Assembly (NCBI GenBank): GCA_963841405.1
Contig: CAWJCM010000006.1
Span: 852 to 64,851, forward strand
DNA: 64,000 nt
Reading direction: 5' to 3'
DNA from: an uncultured Actinomycetes bacterium
GTDB lineage: Bacteria; Actinomycetota; Thermoleophilia; Gaiellales; Gaiellaceae
Numbering within the stretch: the stretch's first letter is position 1; each line of letters opens with the position of its first letter. The translations under genes and the position numbers were made by a program. The notes under the pieces are model-generated. The model ran no database searches. It was not told the origin of the DNA and was given only the letters and a program-made list of their open reading frames with translations. Shown here one piece after another: positions 9,646-18,561 of this stretch.

Positions 9646-9675
9646 TCCAGAACGAGGTTAATTTTCTATTAGAAT
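9646..9675 (+). promoter_or_regulatory. candidate promoter in an AT-rich island
   Basis: TAGAAT at 9670-9675 is a good -10 hexamer. ATTAGAA occurs twice within about 13 nt. The -35 is weak. The site is 40 nt upstream of the 9715 start. Confidence 0.3.
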
Positions 9676-9714
9676 GTGATTAGAAGCAAGGACTGATGGA
9701 TATCGTCGTCAGCG

Positions 9715-12009
9715 ATGAGTCGCTGGACGAGCCTTTCCGTCGCTTTCGCTTTCGCTCTCGCTCTCGGAGTCGCGGCCTTCGCGACGGCGAGCAGCGCCTC
9801 CGACACGGCGATACCTGCCAACCAGTCGCCGCCGACCGTCGTCGGCGCCGCTGTCGAGGGCAGCGTGCTGATCGTCCACCACGGCCGCTGGCAGAGCGAC
9901 TCGGCGGTTTCGATCGCCTACCAGTGGCGCCGGTGCCTGGCCGACGGGACCGGCTGTATCGACGTCTCAGGCGCGACCGACCGCATCTACACCCCGAACC
10001 CGGCCGACATCGGCCACACGCTCCGCGTGGTCGAGACGGCGACGAATCGCGACGGCCCGGCTGCAGCTCTCTCGGCAGTCACGCGCGCCGTTGCAGCGCT
10101 GCCAGCAGCCGGGCCGCACAACACAGCGCCTCCCACCGTCGCCGGGTCCGCGGTCGCCGGCGGGCAACTGACTGCGACGAACGGAACCTGGACGGGCACC
10201 GCGCCGATCCGCTTCTCGTACAAGTGGCGCCGCTGCACGCCGGCCGGAGGCGACTGCGGCGAGACCTTGGCCCGCTCGCGCGTGTACAGGCCTTCCTCCG
10301 ACGACGTGAATCGGACGCTCCGCGTGCTGGTGACCGCGCACGGCCCTGCCGGCAACGCCGCTGCCCTCTCCAACCCGACCGGCCGAATCGCCAAGGCGCC
10401 GTCCCCCCCGCCGCAGAACCGCTCCCTGCCGCGGATCCAGGGGCTGCCGCGGCAGAGCCAGCAACTGACGGCTGATCGCGGCAACTGGGCGAACTCGCCG
10501 ACCAGCTTCGCGTACACCTGGCTCCGCTGCGACTCCTCGGGGAACGGCTGCGCGGGCATCCCGGGAGCGCACGGATCGTTCTACAACCTGACCTCTTCGG
10601 ACGTCGCGCACACTATCCGCCTCCAGGTCGACGCGCGCAACGCGGGCGGACTGCGTAGAGCCTTTTCCGTGCCGACGGCGGTCGTCGCCGCGACGCAGCC
10701 CGCTGCAGCCGCCGGGAAGCCAGCCAACACCGTCCGGCCGTCGGTCTCCGGCACCGCGCAGGAAGGCAATACGCTGACCGGCAACCGCGGGTCGTGGACG
10801 AACAACCCGACCAGCTACAACTATTCGTGGCGTCGCTGCGACCGGAGCGGCAACCACTGCGACTCGATCGGCGGCGCCGAGGCGACGAGCTACACGCTGA
10901 GGAGCAAGGACGTCGGCTCGACGATCCGGTTCCGCGTGCAGGCACGCAATTCGTCCGGCTCCGACAAGGCCACCTCCAACCAGACGTCGGTCGTCCGAGC
11001 CGCGGCGAAGCCCGGGAACACCTCGCCGCCGACGATCTCCGGGACGCCGGCCGAGGGAGCGACGCTCTCCGCCGCGAACGGCAGCTGGACACACGGGCCG
11101 ACCTCCTACGCCTACAACTGGTACCGCTGCGACCGCAACGGCAACAACTGCGCCGCGATCGGCGGTGCCCACTCGACCTCCTACCGGCTGACCTCCGCGG
11201 ACGTGGGCGCCACGCTGCGCCTGCAGGTGACCGCGCGCAACTCCGAAGGCAGCAGCTCGGCGACCTCGGTGCCGACCCCGGTGATCGTGACGTCGGCCAG
11301 GGCGCCCGTGAACAAGGCGGCGCCGACGATCTCGGGGATCGCGGCGGTCGGGCAGGTGTTGACGATGAGCAGAGGGAGCTGGAACGAGTCGCCGACCAGC
11401 TACCGCTATCAGTGGCTTCGTTGCGACGGTAACGGCAACGCCTGTGTCGCGATCGCGGGGGCCGTCGGCACGACCTGGCGGATCTTGCCTGCATCGGTGG
11501 GGCACAGGATCCGTGCTCGCGTGACGGCATCGAACGCGGGCGGCTCGACGCCGGCAACCTCCGCCCCGACCGCGGTGGTCGGGGGCACGCCGCCTCCTCC
11601 GCCCCCCGTGGCCGGCTGCCCGGCCGGTGGCGGCCCCGACCTGGTGACGAGGATCTCGCCCCCCGCCCGGCTTCTCGTCAACACGTTCCAGGCCACGCCG
11701 CGGGTGGTCACGCGCCGGACATCTGCGGTGGTCGTCCGCTTCCACGTCACCTCGAGCTGCGGGCATCCGGTGCAGGGGGCGCTGGTGTACGCGACCGCAA
11801 CGCCGTACAACCAGTTCGCGATCCCGCCCGAGGCCGCGACCAACTCCAACGGCTGGGCCACGCTCGTCTTCAACCGCCTGCGCGGCTTCCCGGTCAGCGG
11901 GCACCAGCAGCTGATCGCCGTCTTCGTCCGGGCGCGCAAGCCGGGCGAGAACCTGCTCGGCGGGATCTCCACCCGCAGGCTCGTCTCCATCCCCGTCCGG
12001 CTCGGCTGA
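9715..12009 (+). CDS. secreted protein with six Ig-like tandem repeats plus a C-terminal domain
   Basis: The 764-aa ORF has the signal peptide MSRWTSLSVAFAFALALGVAAFATASSAS. Six repeats of about 92 aa follow, each with G.W...P.S..Y.W.RC...G..C..I.GA....Y.L...DVG.T[IL]R..V.A.N..G, then a Pro-rich linker and a roughly 150-aa tail. Confidence 0.8.
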   Translation: MSRWTSLSVAFAFALALGVAAFATASSASDTAIPANQSPPTVVGAAVEGSVLIVHHGRWQSDSAVSIAYQWRRCLADGTGCIDVSGATDRIYTPNPADIGHTLRVVETATNRDGPAAALSAVTRAVAALPAAGPHNTAPPTVAGSAVAGGQLTATNGTWTGTAPIRFSYKWRRCTPAGGDCGETLARSRVYRPSSDDVNRTLRVLVTAHGPAGNAAALSNPTGRIAKAPSPPPQNRSLPRIQGLPRQSQQLTADRGNWANSPTSFAYTWLRCDSSGNGCAGIPGAHGSFYNLTSSDVAHTIRLQVDARNAGGLRRAFSVPTAVVAATQPAAAAGKPANTVRPSVSGTAQEGNTLTGNRGSWTNNPTSYNYSWRRCDRSGNHCDSIGGAEATSYTLRSKDVGSTIRFRVQARNSSGSDKATSNQTSVVRAAAKPGNTSPPTISGTPAEGATLSAANGSWTHGPTSYAYNWYRCDRNGNNCAAIGGAHSTSYRLTSADVGATLRLQVTARNSEGSSSATSVPTPVIVTSARAPVNKAAPTISGIAAVGQVLTMSRGSWNESPTSYRYQWLRCDGNGNACVAIAGAVGTTWRILPASVGHRIRARVTASNAGGSTPATSAPTAVVGGTPPPPPPVAGCPAGGGPDLVTRISPPARLLVNTFQATPRVVTRRTSAVVVRFHVTSSCGHPVQGALVYATATPYNQFAIPPEAATNSNGWATLVFNRLRGFPVSGHQQLIAVFVRARKPGENLLGGISTRRLVSIPVRLG
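9811..11580 (+). repeat. six tandem coding repeats of about 276 bp
   Basis: The repeat units begin PANQSPP, PHNTAPP, PQNRSLP, PANTVRP, PGNTSPP and PVNKAAP. Boundaries are approximate. Confidence 0.7.
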
Positions 12010-12012
12010 GCA

Positions 12013-12038
12013 GAGGGTCAGGCTGAAGCCTGACCCTC
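12013..12038 (+). terminator. hairpin downstream of the repeat-protein gene
   Basis: GAGGGTCAGGC-tgaa-GCCTGACCCTC forms a perfect 11-bp stem 4 nt after the stop. Confidence 0.55.
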
Positions 12039-12058
12039 CCGTACGATCCGACCTCGGG

Positions 12059-13669
12059 ATGAGCATCCGGAAGCTCCTGGTCGCCAATCGCGGCGAGATC
12101 GCCGTGCGCATCTTCGGCACCTGCCGCGAGCTGGGGATCGCGACCGTGGCGGTCGCAGCCCCGGACGACGCCGGAGCCCTGCACACGCGGGTCGCGGGCG
12201 AGACCGTCGAGATCTCGTCCTACCTCCACTCGGAGGCGCACATCCGAGCTGCGTCACGCGCCGGAGCCGACGCGATCCACCCCGGATACGGCTTCCTGGC
12301 CGAGAACGCCGACTTCGCCGAGGCGGTCGAGGCGGCGGGGCTCGTGTTCGTCGGCCCGACGCCGGAGGCGCTGCGCGCGGGCGGCGACAAGCTGGCGGCG
12401 AAGCGCGCCGCTCGGGAGGCGGGGGTGCCGGTGCTCGAGGAGGGAGACGCGGCGGAGCTCGGCTTTCCTCTGCTCGTGAAGGCGGCCGCGGGCGGAGGCG
12501 GCCGTGGCATGCGGATCGTCCGCTCGGCCGCGGAGCTGGCGGACGCGCTCGCAGCCGCGCGCCGCGAGGCCGGGGCGGCGTTCGGCGACGACACCGTGTT
12601 CTGCGAGCGCTACCTCGAGCGCCCTCGCCATGTCGAGATCCAGCTGCTCGGCGACGGCACGGGGGAAGCGATCGCGCTCGGCGAGCGCGAATGCTCGGTG
12701 CAGCGCCGTCACCAGAAGGTGCTGGAGGAGTCGCCGTCACCGGCTCTCGACCCGGCTCTGCGGGCGGCGATGAGCGACGCGGCGGTCGCCTTCGCGCGCG
12801 CGATCTCGTACCGCAGCGCCGGTACGGCCGAGTTCGTACTCGACGGCGGCGAGTACTTCTTCCTGGAGCTGAACGGGCGCATCCAGGTCGAGCACCCGGT
12901 CACGGAGCTCGTCACCGGGCTCGACCTGGTCGCCGCCCAGCTCGAGCTCGCCGACGGCGGCTCGCTGTCGCAGGCACCCGAGCTGCACGGACACGCGGTC
13001 GAGGTCCGGCTGTACGCGGAGGACCCGCGTACCTTCCTCCCCCAGGCCGGCAGGCTCCAGCGGCTGCGCCTGCCAACCGGAGTGCGGGTCGACGCCGGCG
13101 TCGAGGAGGGTGACGAGGTCGGGATCGCCTACGACCCGATGATCGCGAAGCTGATCGCGCACGGGGAGACACGCGACGAGGCGCTCGACCGGCTCGCCAC
13201 CGCCCTCGCCGAGACCGAGATCGAGGGCGTTGTCACGAACCTGCCGTTTCTCCGCTGGCTGGTCGCACACCCGGTGGTGCGCGCGGGCGAGACGACCACC
13301 GCTTTCCTGGTCGAGCATCGACCGCTGTCGGTGTCGCGGCCGCCGGCCCAACCGCCCTGGCGCGGCGCGTTCCGGCTCAACCTGCCGCCGCCTCCGCCCC
13401 ATGCGCCGCCCGACGAGACCGTCGACGCCCACCGTCACGCGCCCGGCGCCGAGCACAGCGCCGTCAGCGCCCCGATGCCGGGCACCGTGCTCCGCGTGCT
13501 CGTCCGGAAGGGCGACCGCGTGGAACCCCGGCAGCCGCTGGTCGTGCTCGAGGCGATGAAGATGGAGACGCCGCTCGTCTCGCCCTACGCCGGGGTCGTT
13601 CAGGAGGTGCACGTCGCCGAGGGCGACCGCGTGGCCGGCGGCGCGACCGTCGTGGAGCTGGAGGAGTGA
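12059..13669 (+). CDS. biotin carboxylase plus biotin-carboxyl-carrier (alpha) subunit of an acyl-CoA carboxylase, methylcrotonyl-CoA carboxylase type
   Basis: The 536-aa ORF has an ATP-grasp biotin carboxylase N-terminus (KLLVANRGEIAVRI, ...EMNGRIQVEHPVTE-like ELNGRIQVEHPVTE) and the C-terminal biotinylation motif EAMKMETP. Confidence 0.9.
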   Translation: MSIRKLLVANRGEIAVRIFGTCRELGIATVAVAAPDDAGALHTRVAGETVEISSYLHSEAHIRAASRAGADAIHPGYGFLAENADFAEAVEAAGLVFVGPTPEALRAGGDKLAAKRAAREAGVPVLEEGDAAELGFPLLVKAAAGGGGRGMRIVRSAAELADALAAARREAGAAFGDDTVFCERYLERPRHVEIQLLGDGTGEAIALGERECSVQRRHQKVLEESPSPALDPALRAAMSDAAVAFARAISYRSAGTAEFVLDGGEYFFLELNGRIQVEHPVTELVTGLDLVAAQLELADGGSLSQAPELHGHAVEVRLYAEDPRTFLPQAGRLQRLRLPTGVRVDAGVEEGDEVGIAYDPMIAKLIAHGETRDEALDRLATALAETEIEGVVTNLPFLRWLVAHPVVRAGETTTAFLVEHRPLSVSRPPAQPPWRGAFRLNLPPPPPHAPPDETVDAHRHAPGAEHSAVSAPMPGTVLRVLVRKGDRVEPRQPLVVLEAMKMETPLVSPYAGVVQEVHVAEGDRVAGGATVVELEE

Positions 13670-13700
13670 ACGCTCGCCGCGCTTCGCGCGAGCTCGCTCG

Positions 13701-13729
13701 CACGGGGGAAAGAGCGGGTTTCCCCCGTG
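13701..13729. repeat. GGGGGAA/TTCCCCC hairpin (REP-like family, copy 1)
   Basis: CACGGGGGAAA-gagcggg-TTTCCCCCGTG. It is flanked by GCTCGCTCGC and CCCCCTTCCCC, and related copies occur at 15524 and 27711. Confidence 0.7.
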
Positions 13730-13829
13730 AACCCCCTTCCCCCTCGTTCTCGCCGAGGTCGGTTCCGGGCCGCGCCCGCCATGTCGGTCGCGTCTGCGGA
13801 CACCCCCACGAGAGCCGGGAGGCGGATCC

Positions 13830-14681
13830 ATGAGCCTTCTGCAGACGGACGATGCTCGCACGTTTCTCGACGCTGCGAGTCCGCTGCTGCTGGCCGACGA
13901 ACCCCGGAACAACCTGATCCTCGGGATCGCCGGAACGCTGGTCGAGCATCCCGACCTCTACCGGGAGAAGCGCTTCTGGCTCGTGACCGGCGACGCGGGC
14001 GAGCCCGTCGCTGCTGCGATCAGGACGCCGCCCTACAACCTCCTGCTCGGGGGTCGCCGGCCCGGACCGGCGCTCGAGGAGCTCGTGGAGGGGATCGAGG
14101 ACGACCTGCCCGGCGTCGTCGGCGCGCACCCCGAGGTCGAGGAGTTCGTCCGGCTGTGGACGCGCTCGGGCGCGGTCGAGGCGCGCGTGCTGCGCGAGCA
14201 GGGTGTCTTCGCGCTCGAGCGAGTGCAGCTGGTTCCGCCAGCGCCCGGCCGGTCGCGCAGCGCGACCCGCGACGACCTGCCGCTGCTCCTCGACTGGATG
14301 GTCGCCTTCGGCGAGGAGGTGCTGGAGGAGAACGACCCCGGCCGTGCCGAGGCGCGCGAGGCCGTCGAGCACCGGCTCGGGACCGGCGGCGGCGGCTTCG
14401 AACTGTGGGAGGACGGCGGCGAAGTCGTCTCCCTGTCCGGCTGGGGCGGGCCGACGCCGAACGGGATCAGGATCGGGCCGGTGTACACGCCCCCGGAGCG
14501 ACGCGGCCGCGGCTACGCGAGCACGCTCGTCGCCGGGCTCTCGCAGGCGCTGCTCGACGGCGGACGGCGCTTCTGCTTCCTCTACACCGACCTGGCCAAC
14601 CCGACGTCGAACGCGATCTACGAGCGGATCGGCTACGTCAAGGCGGCCGAGTCCGCGATGGTCGCGTTCGAGCCGCGATAG
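13830..14681 (+). CDS. GNAT family N-acetyltransferase
   Basis: The 283-aa ORF has a C-terminal acetyl-CoA binding pattern, IGPVYTPPERRGRGYASTLVAGL...NPTSNAIYERIGY. Confidence 0.75.
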   Translation: MSLLQTDDARTFLDAASPLLLADEPRNNLILGIAGTLVEHPDLYREKRFWLVTGDAGEPVAAAIRTPPYNLLLGGRRPGPALEELVEGIEDDLPGVVGAHPEVEEFVRLWTRSGAVEARVLREQGVFALERVQLVPPAPGRSRSATRDDLPLLLDWMVAFGEEVLEENDPGRAEAREAVEHRLGTGGGGFELWEDGGEVVSLSGWGGPTPNGIRIGPVYTPPERRGRGYASTLVAGLSQALLDGGRRFCFLYTDLANPTSNAIYERIGYVKAAESAMVAFEPR

Positions 14682-15551
14682 ATGGCCGAGACCCCGCTGT
14701 ACGACAGCATCGGACAGACCTACGCCGAGATCCGGCGCCCGGACCCGCGGATCGCCGAGCGCCTCTGGCGGGCTCTCGGCGATGCCCGGACGGTCGTGAA
14801 CGTCGGCGCGGGCACAGGCTCCTACGAACCGCCCGACCTGAGCGTGACCGCGGTCGAGCCGTCAGTGGTGATGATCGCACAGCGAGAGCCGGGTGCCGAT
14901 GCCGTCGTGCAGGCGGCCGCCGAGAACCTTCCCTTCGCCGACGACACGTTCGACGCGGCGATGGCCGTCCTCACCCTCCATCACTGGCACGCACTCGATC
15001 TCGGCCTGTCCGAGCTGAAGCGCGTCGCGCGGAGGCGAGTCGTGATCGTCACCTTCGAGCGTCGCGTGTGGCCGGACCAGTGGATCGTCCGCGACTACCT
15101 GCCGGAGATCCTCGAGGATCGGTCGATGCCGGAACTGGACGACGTGCTCGCCCACCTGCCGCCGGCGACGGTCGAGCCGCTGCTCGTGCCGCGCGACTGC
15201 ACGGACCGGATGTTCGCCACCCTCTGGGCCAGACCCGAGGAGTACCTCGACCCACGAATTCGAGCGGCGACGTCCGTGTGGCACCAGCTGCCGGCAGCCG
15301 TGACCGAGCGCGCGCTCGACCATCTTCGAAGCGACCTCGAATCAGGGCTCTGGGATGCCCGCTACTCCCGCCTTCGCACTACTCCCGAGTGGGACGTCGG
15401 CCTCCGCCTGATCCGGGCGGAGCTTCGCAAGACCTACGCTGCCGCGACCGACCTTGGCGGGCGGCGGCACAGCAACGCCGTCGGTCAGTCGGCGATGCGA
15501 GCGCAGCGAGCGAGGAGGGGGCCCACGGGGGAACGGGTTCCCCCGTGCTAG
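14682..15551 (+). CDS. class I SAM-dependent methyltransferase
   Basis: The 289-aa ORF has motif I VVNVGAGTGSYE and post-I LPFADDTFDAAM. The C-terminal roughly 40 aa may be read-through into the hairpin at 15524. Confidence 0.7.
   Translation: MAETPLYDSIGQTYAEIRRPDPRIAERLWRALGDARTVVNVGAGTGSYEPPDLSVTAVEPSVVMIAQREPGADAVVQAAAENLPFADDTFDAAMAVLTLHHWHALDLGLSELKRVARRRVVIVTFERRVWPDQWIVRDYLPEILEDRSMPELDDVLAHLPPATVEPLLVPRDCTDRMFATLWARPEEYLDPRIRAATSVWHQLPAAVTERALDHLRSDLESGLWDARYSRLRTTPEWDVGLRLIRAELRKTYAAATDLGGRRHSNAVGQSAMRAQRARRGPTGERVPPC
15524..15547. repeat. GGGGGAA/TTCCCCC hairpin (copy 2)
   Basis: CACGGGGGAAC-gg-GTTCCCCCGTG lies at the junction of two convergent genes. Confidence 0.6.
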
Positions 15552-15853
15552 AACAGTTTCTGCAGCCTCATCGCCGCGCCCATGTCGCCCTTGATCTTGA
15601 GCTTGCCGGACATGTACGCGGCCGTCGCGTTCTGCTCACCCTTCACCACCTTCTCGAACGTCTCGGCGGAGGCGGCGATCGTGCAGTCGCCGCCGGCGTC
15701 GCCCCCGTCGACGGTGACGCCGCCGTCGGCGACCTTGACCGTCCAGGTGCCTGCGCCCTCGATGTCGAAGACGTAGGAGTTGTTCAGCCCGGCGGTCTTG
15801 CCGGGGTCGACGCGGGAGGGAAGCTGTTCGAAGAACTCGCTGACGACGGACAC
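15548..15853 (-). CDS. SCP2 sterol-binding domain protein
   Basis: The 101-aa ORF contains FDIEGAGTWTVKVADGGVTV...AETFEKVVKGEQNATAAYMSGKLKIKGDMGAAMRLQ, the SCP2 signature. Confidence 0.8.
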   Translation of the reverse strand: MSVVSEFFEQLPSRVDPGKTAGLNNSYVFDIEGAGTWTVKVADGGVTVDGGDAGGDCTIAASAETFEKVVKGEQNATAAYMSGKLKIKGDMGAAMRLQKLF

Positions 15854-15890
15854 TGGGCTCGCTCCTTTTCGATTGACCCGAGCCTAGCGG

Positions 15891-17093
15891 CTACAGGACG
15901 GCGACCTCCGGCTCGAGCCGCCGGCGCTCCCGCGTCTCCGGGAGGAGCGTCGTCAGCGCGAGGGCGACCATGGGCGCGGCGGCCGAGATGAAGAGCGAGG
16001 TGCGGAGGTCGATCGAGTCGGCGACGGCACCGAGGAACACGGCGGCGACCCCACCGAGACCGATCGCGAACCCGATCGAAAGGCCCGAGGCCAAACCGAT
16101 GTTGCCGGGCAGGTACTGCTGCGCCATCACCATCGTCACGCCGAACGTCCCGACCACTGCCGCGCCGACGCCGGCGAGCGCGATCGCGCCCGGGATGCCG
16201 CCGACCAGCAGGAACACGAGGATCAGCGGCGTGCTGACGACGAAGCTGCCCATCAGCACGGTGCGCAGCCCGACCCGGTCGGCCAGCGGCCCGGCCAGCA
16301 GCGTGCCGACCGCGCCGACCAGGAGCATCCCCGCGAAGACGTAGTTGCCGTACGACTTCGAGTGACCCTGCGACACCTCGTAGAGCGGCACGAACGTGAT
16401 CAGACCGAACCAGGCGAGGCTGCGGAACGTGATCACCGCAAGCAGGATGCCGAGCGAGCGCAGGTCGGTCCGCCCCCCGCTCGTCACCTTCGACCCCGCG
16501 TCGGGTACGAAGCCGAGCAGATACCTCGTTCCCGCGAGCAGCAGGAGCGCGACGATCGCACCGGGAACGACCAGGAACCAGCCGCCTCGCAGCCCCACGG
16601 CGACGATGATCGGCGTCACGACCAGCGCACCCAGTCCGTAGCCGACGTTGCCCCCGACCGCGAACAGCGACATCCCGCTCGCCCGCTTTCGCCCGCTCGT
16701 GTAGGCGGCGAACTTCGAGCCCTCGGGGTGATAGGCGGCGGTGCCGAGCCCGGAGACGATTACGAGCACGACCACGAGCCAGTACGCAGGGGCGTCCGCT
16801 GCGGCCGCCATCCCGACACCGGCGACCGCGACGCCCGCCGGCAGGAGCCAGATCGCGCCGCGGGCGTCCGACCAGAGCCCGAACAGCGGCTGAACGATGG
16901 ACGACGAGAGCGCCGAGGCGAGCACGAGCACGGCGACCAGCGTGTAGGACAGGCCGAACTCGGTCTTCAGAAACGGGAGCAGCGCCGGCAGCGCCCCGCC
17001 CGAGAAATCGACCGCCGCGTGACCGGTCGAGAGCAGCGTCATCGCCCGCCGGTCGATCTGGTCGCGCACGCTCGCAGCGTATCCGGATAGCAT
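15891..17093 (-). CDS. MFS transporter
   Basis: The C-terminal 400 aa of track ORF 15891-17372 are multi-TM with MFS motifs (GLWSDARG, YHPEGSKF). I chose the start at the internal ATG 17093; the ATG at 17042 is also possible. Confidence 0.75.
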   Translation of the reverse strand: MLSGYAASVRDQIDRRAMTLLSTGHAAVDFSGGALPALLPFLKTEFGLSYTLVAVLVLASALSSSIVQPLFGLWSDARGAIWLLPAGVAVAGVGMAAAADAPAYWLVVVLVIVSGLGTAAYHPEGSKFAAYTSGRKRASGMSLFAVGGNVGYGLGALVVTPIIVAVGLRGGWFLVVPGAIVALLLLAGTRYLLGFVPDAGSKVTSGGRTDLRSLGILLAVITFRSLAWFGLITFVPLYEVSQGHSKSYGNYVFAGMLLVGAVGTLLAGPLADRVGLRTVLMGSFVVSTPLILVFLLVGGIPGAIALAGVGAAVVGTFGVTMVMAQQYLPGNIGLASGLSIGFAIGLGGVAAVFLGAVADSIDLRTSLFISAAAPMVALALTTLLPETRERRRLEPEVAVL

Positions 17094-17103
17094 CGCGCCG
17101 CCG

Positions 17104-18555
17104 ATGGAGATCGCCGCCGCGCCGGAGGCCGCCGAGGCGGACCTCACCGCCTTCGCCGTCCTCGACCCGGTCGGCGACCTGCCTGCTCTCGATCCCCGGC
17201 TTCCGGCCCTGGTCGAGTCCGGCGAGGTAAAGGGCGAGGCCGGCGCGACGTGCGTCCTCCACGGCGACCGAAAACGGATCGTCGCCGCCGGGGGCGGCCG
17301 CCGTGACCAGCTCGACGCCGATTCGATCCGCGACGCCGCCGCCGGCGTCGCGCGTCTCGGCCTCGGCGGCACCGTCGCCTGGCTGCTCGACGGCGACCTC
17401 GAGCTGAGCGCGGCCGAGCAGGCCCGGGCGGTCGTCGACGGCCTGGTGCTGGGCGGCTACGACGCAGGCGCCTGGAAGACCGACCGCCCCCGGCGGCACC
17501 TCACCGAACGGCTGGTGCTGGTCGGGGCAGATGAAGAGACACGAGAGCTGGCGCAACGCGCGGAGCGCGTTGCGCAGTGGGCGAACCGCGCCCGCGACCT
17601 CGCAAACCGCCCGGCGAACGACCTCACGCCGGAGCGACTCGCCGAGCGGGCTGCCGAGATCGCGCAGGGGTCGAGCTCGCTCTCCTACGAGTCGTTCGAC
17701 CGTGGACAGATCGAGGAGATGGGCATGGGCGCGTTCGCCGCCGTCGCCCAGGGAAGCCACGCGGAGCCGCGGTTGATCGTCCTGCGCTACGACCCGCCGG
17801 GCGCACGCGACGACCTCGTGCTCGGCCTGGTCGGAAAGGCGATCACCTTCGACACCGGCGGGGTGTCGCTGAAGCCCTGGGAGTACATGGAGGACATGAA
17901 GGGCGACATGTCCGGGGGCGCCGCCGTGGTCGAGGGCGTCGGCGCGGTCGCCGACCTCGGTGTCCCGCTGCGCGTGCTCGCCGTCGTCGCCTCGACCGAG
18001 AACATGACCGGAGGCGGCGCGTACAGGCCGGGCGACATCCTCACCGCGATGAACGGCAAGACGATCGAGGTGATCAACACCGACGCCGAGGGCCGGCTCG
18101 TGCTCGCCGACGCGCTCTGCTACGCGTGCGAGCAGGGCGCCACGCATCTGATCGACCTGGCGACCCTCACCGGCGCGATGGTGCTGGCGATGGGCGACCT
18201 CTACGCCGGAGTCTATGCGGACGACGACGGCTGGCGCGCCCAGGTCGTCGACGCCGCGAATGCGGCCGGCGACCATCTCTGGCCGCTGCCGCTGCACCGC
18301 CGCTACCGCCGGTACGTGAACTCGAACTTCGCCGACATGAAGAACGCCTCGATCCTGAAGGAGGGCTCCCCCGCGCTTGCGGCCGAGTTCCTGCGCGAGT
18401 TCGCCGGCGACGGGCCGTGGGCACACATCGACCTCGCAGGACCGGCGTTCATCCGCCGCTCGCGCGGCGACTACCTCAGCCAGCAGGGGGGTACCGGCTA
18501 CGGCGTGCGGCTGATCGCTGAGCTAGCGCAACGACTCTCCGAATCGTTGCGCTAA
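17104..18555 (+). CDS. pepA: leucyl aminopeptidase (M17)
   Basis: The 483-aa ORF contains VGKAITFDTGGVSLKP, MKGDMSGGAAV and NTDAEGRLVLADAL. Confidence 0.9.
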   Translation: MEIAAAPEAAEADLTAFAVLDPVGDLPALDPRLPALVESGEVKGEAGATCVLHGDRKRIVAAGGGRRDQLDADSIRDAAAGVARLGLGGTVAWLLDGDLELSAAEQARAVVDGLVLGGYDAGAWKTDRPRRHLTERLVLVGADEETRELAQRAERVAQWANRARDLANRPANDLTPERLAERAAEIAQGSSSLSYESFDRGQIEEMGMGAFAAVAQGSHAEPRLIVLRYDPPGARDDLVLGLVGKAITFDTGGVSLKPWEYMEDMKGDMSGGAAVVEGVGAVADLGVPLRVLAVVASTENMTGGGAYRPGDILTAMNGKTIEVINTDAEGRLVLADALCYACEQGATHLIDLATLTGAMVLAMGDLYAGVYADDDGWRAQVVDAANAAGDHLWPLPLHRRYRRYVNSNFADMKNASILKEGSPALAAEFLREFAGDGPWAHIDLAGPAFIRRSRGDYLSQQGGTGYGVRLIAELAQRLSESLR

Positions 18556-18561
18556 AAGACC

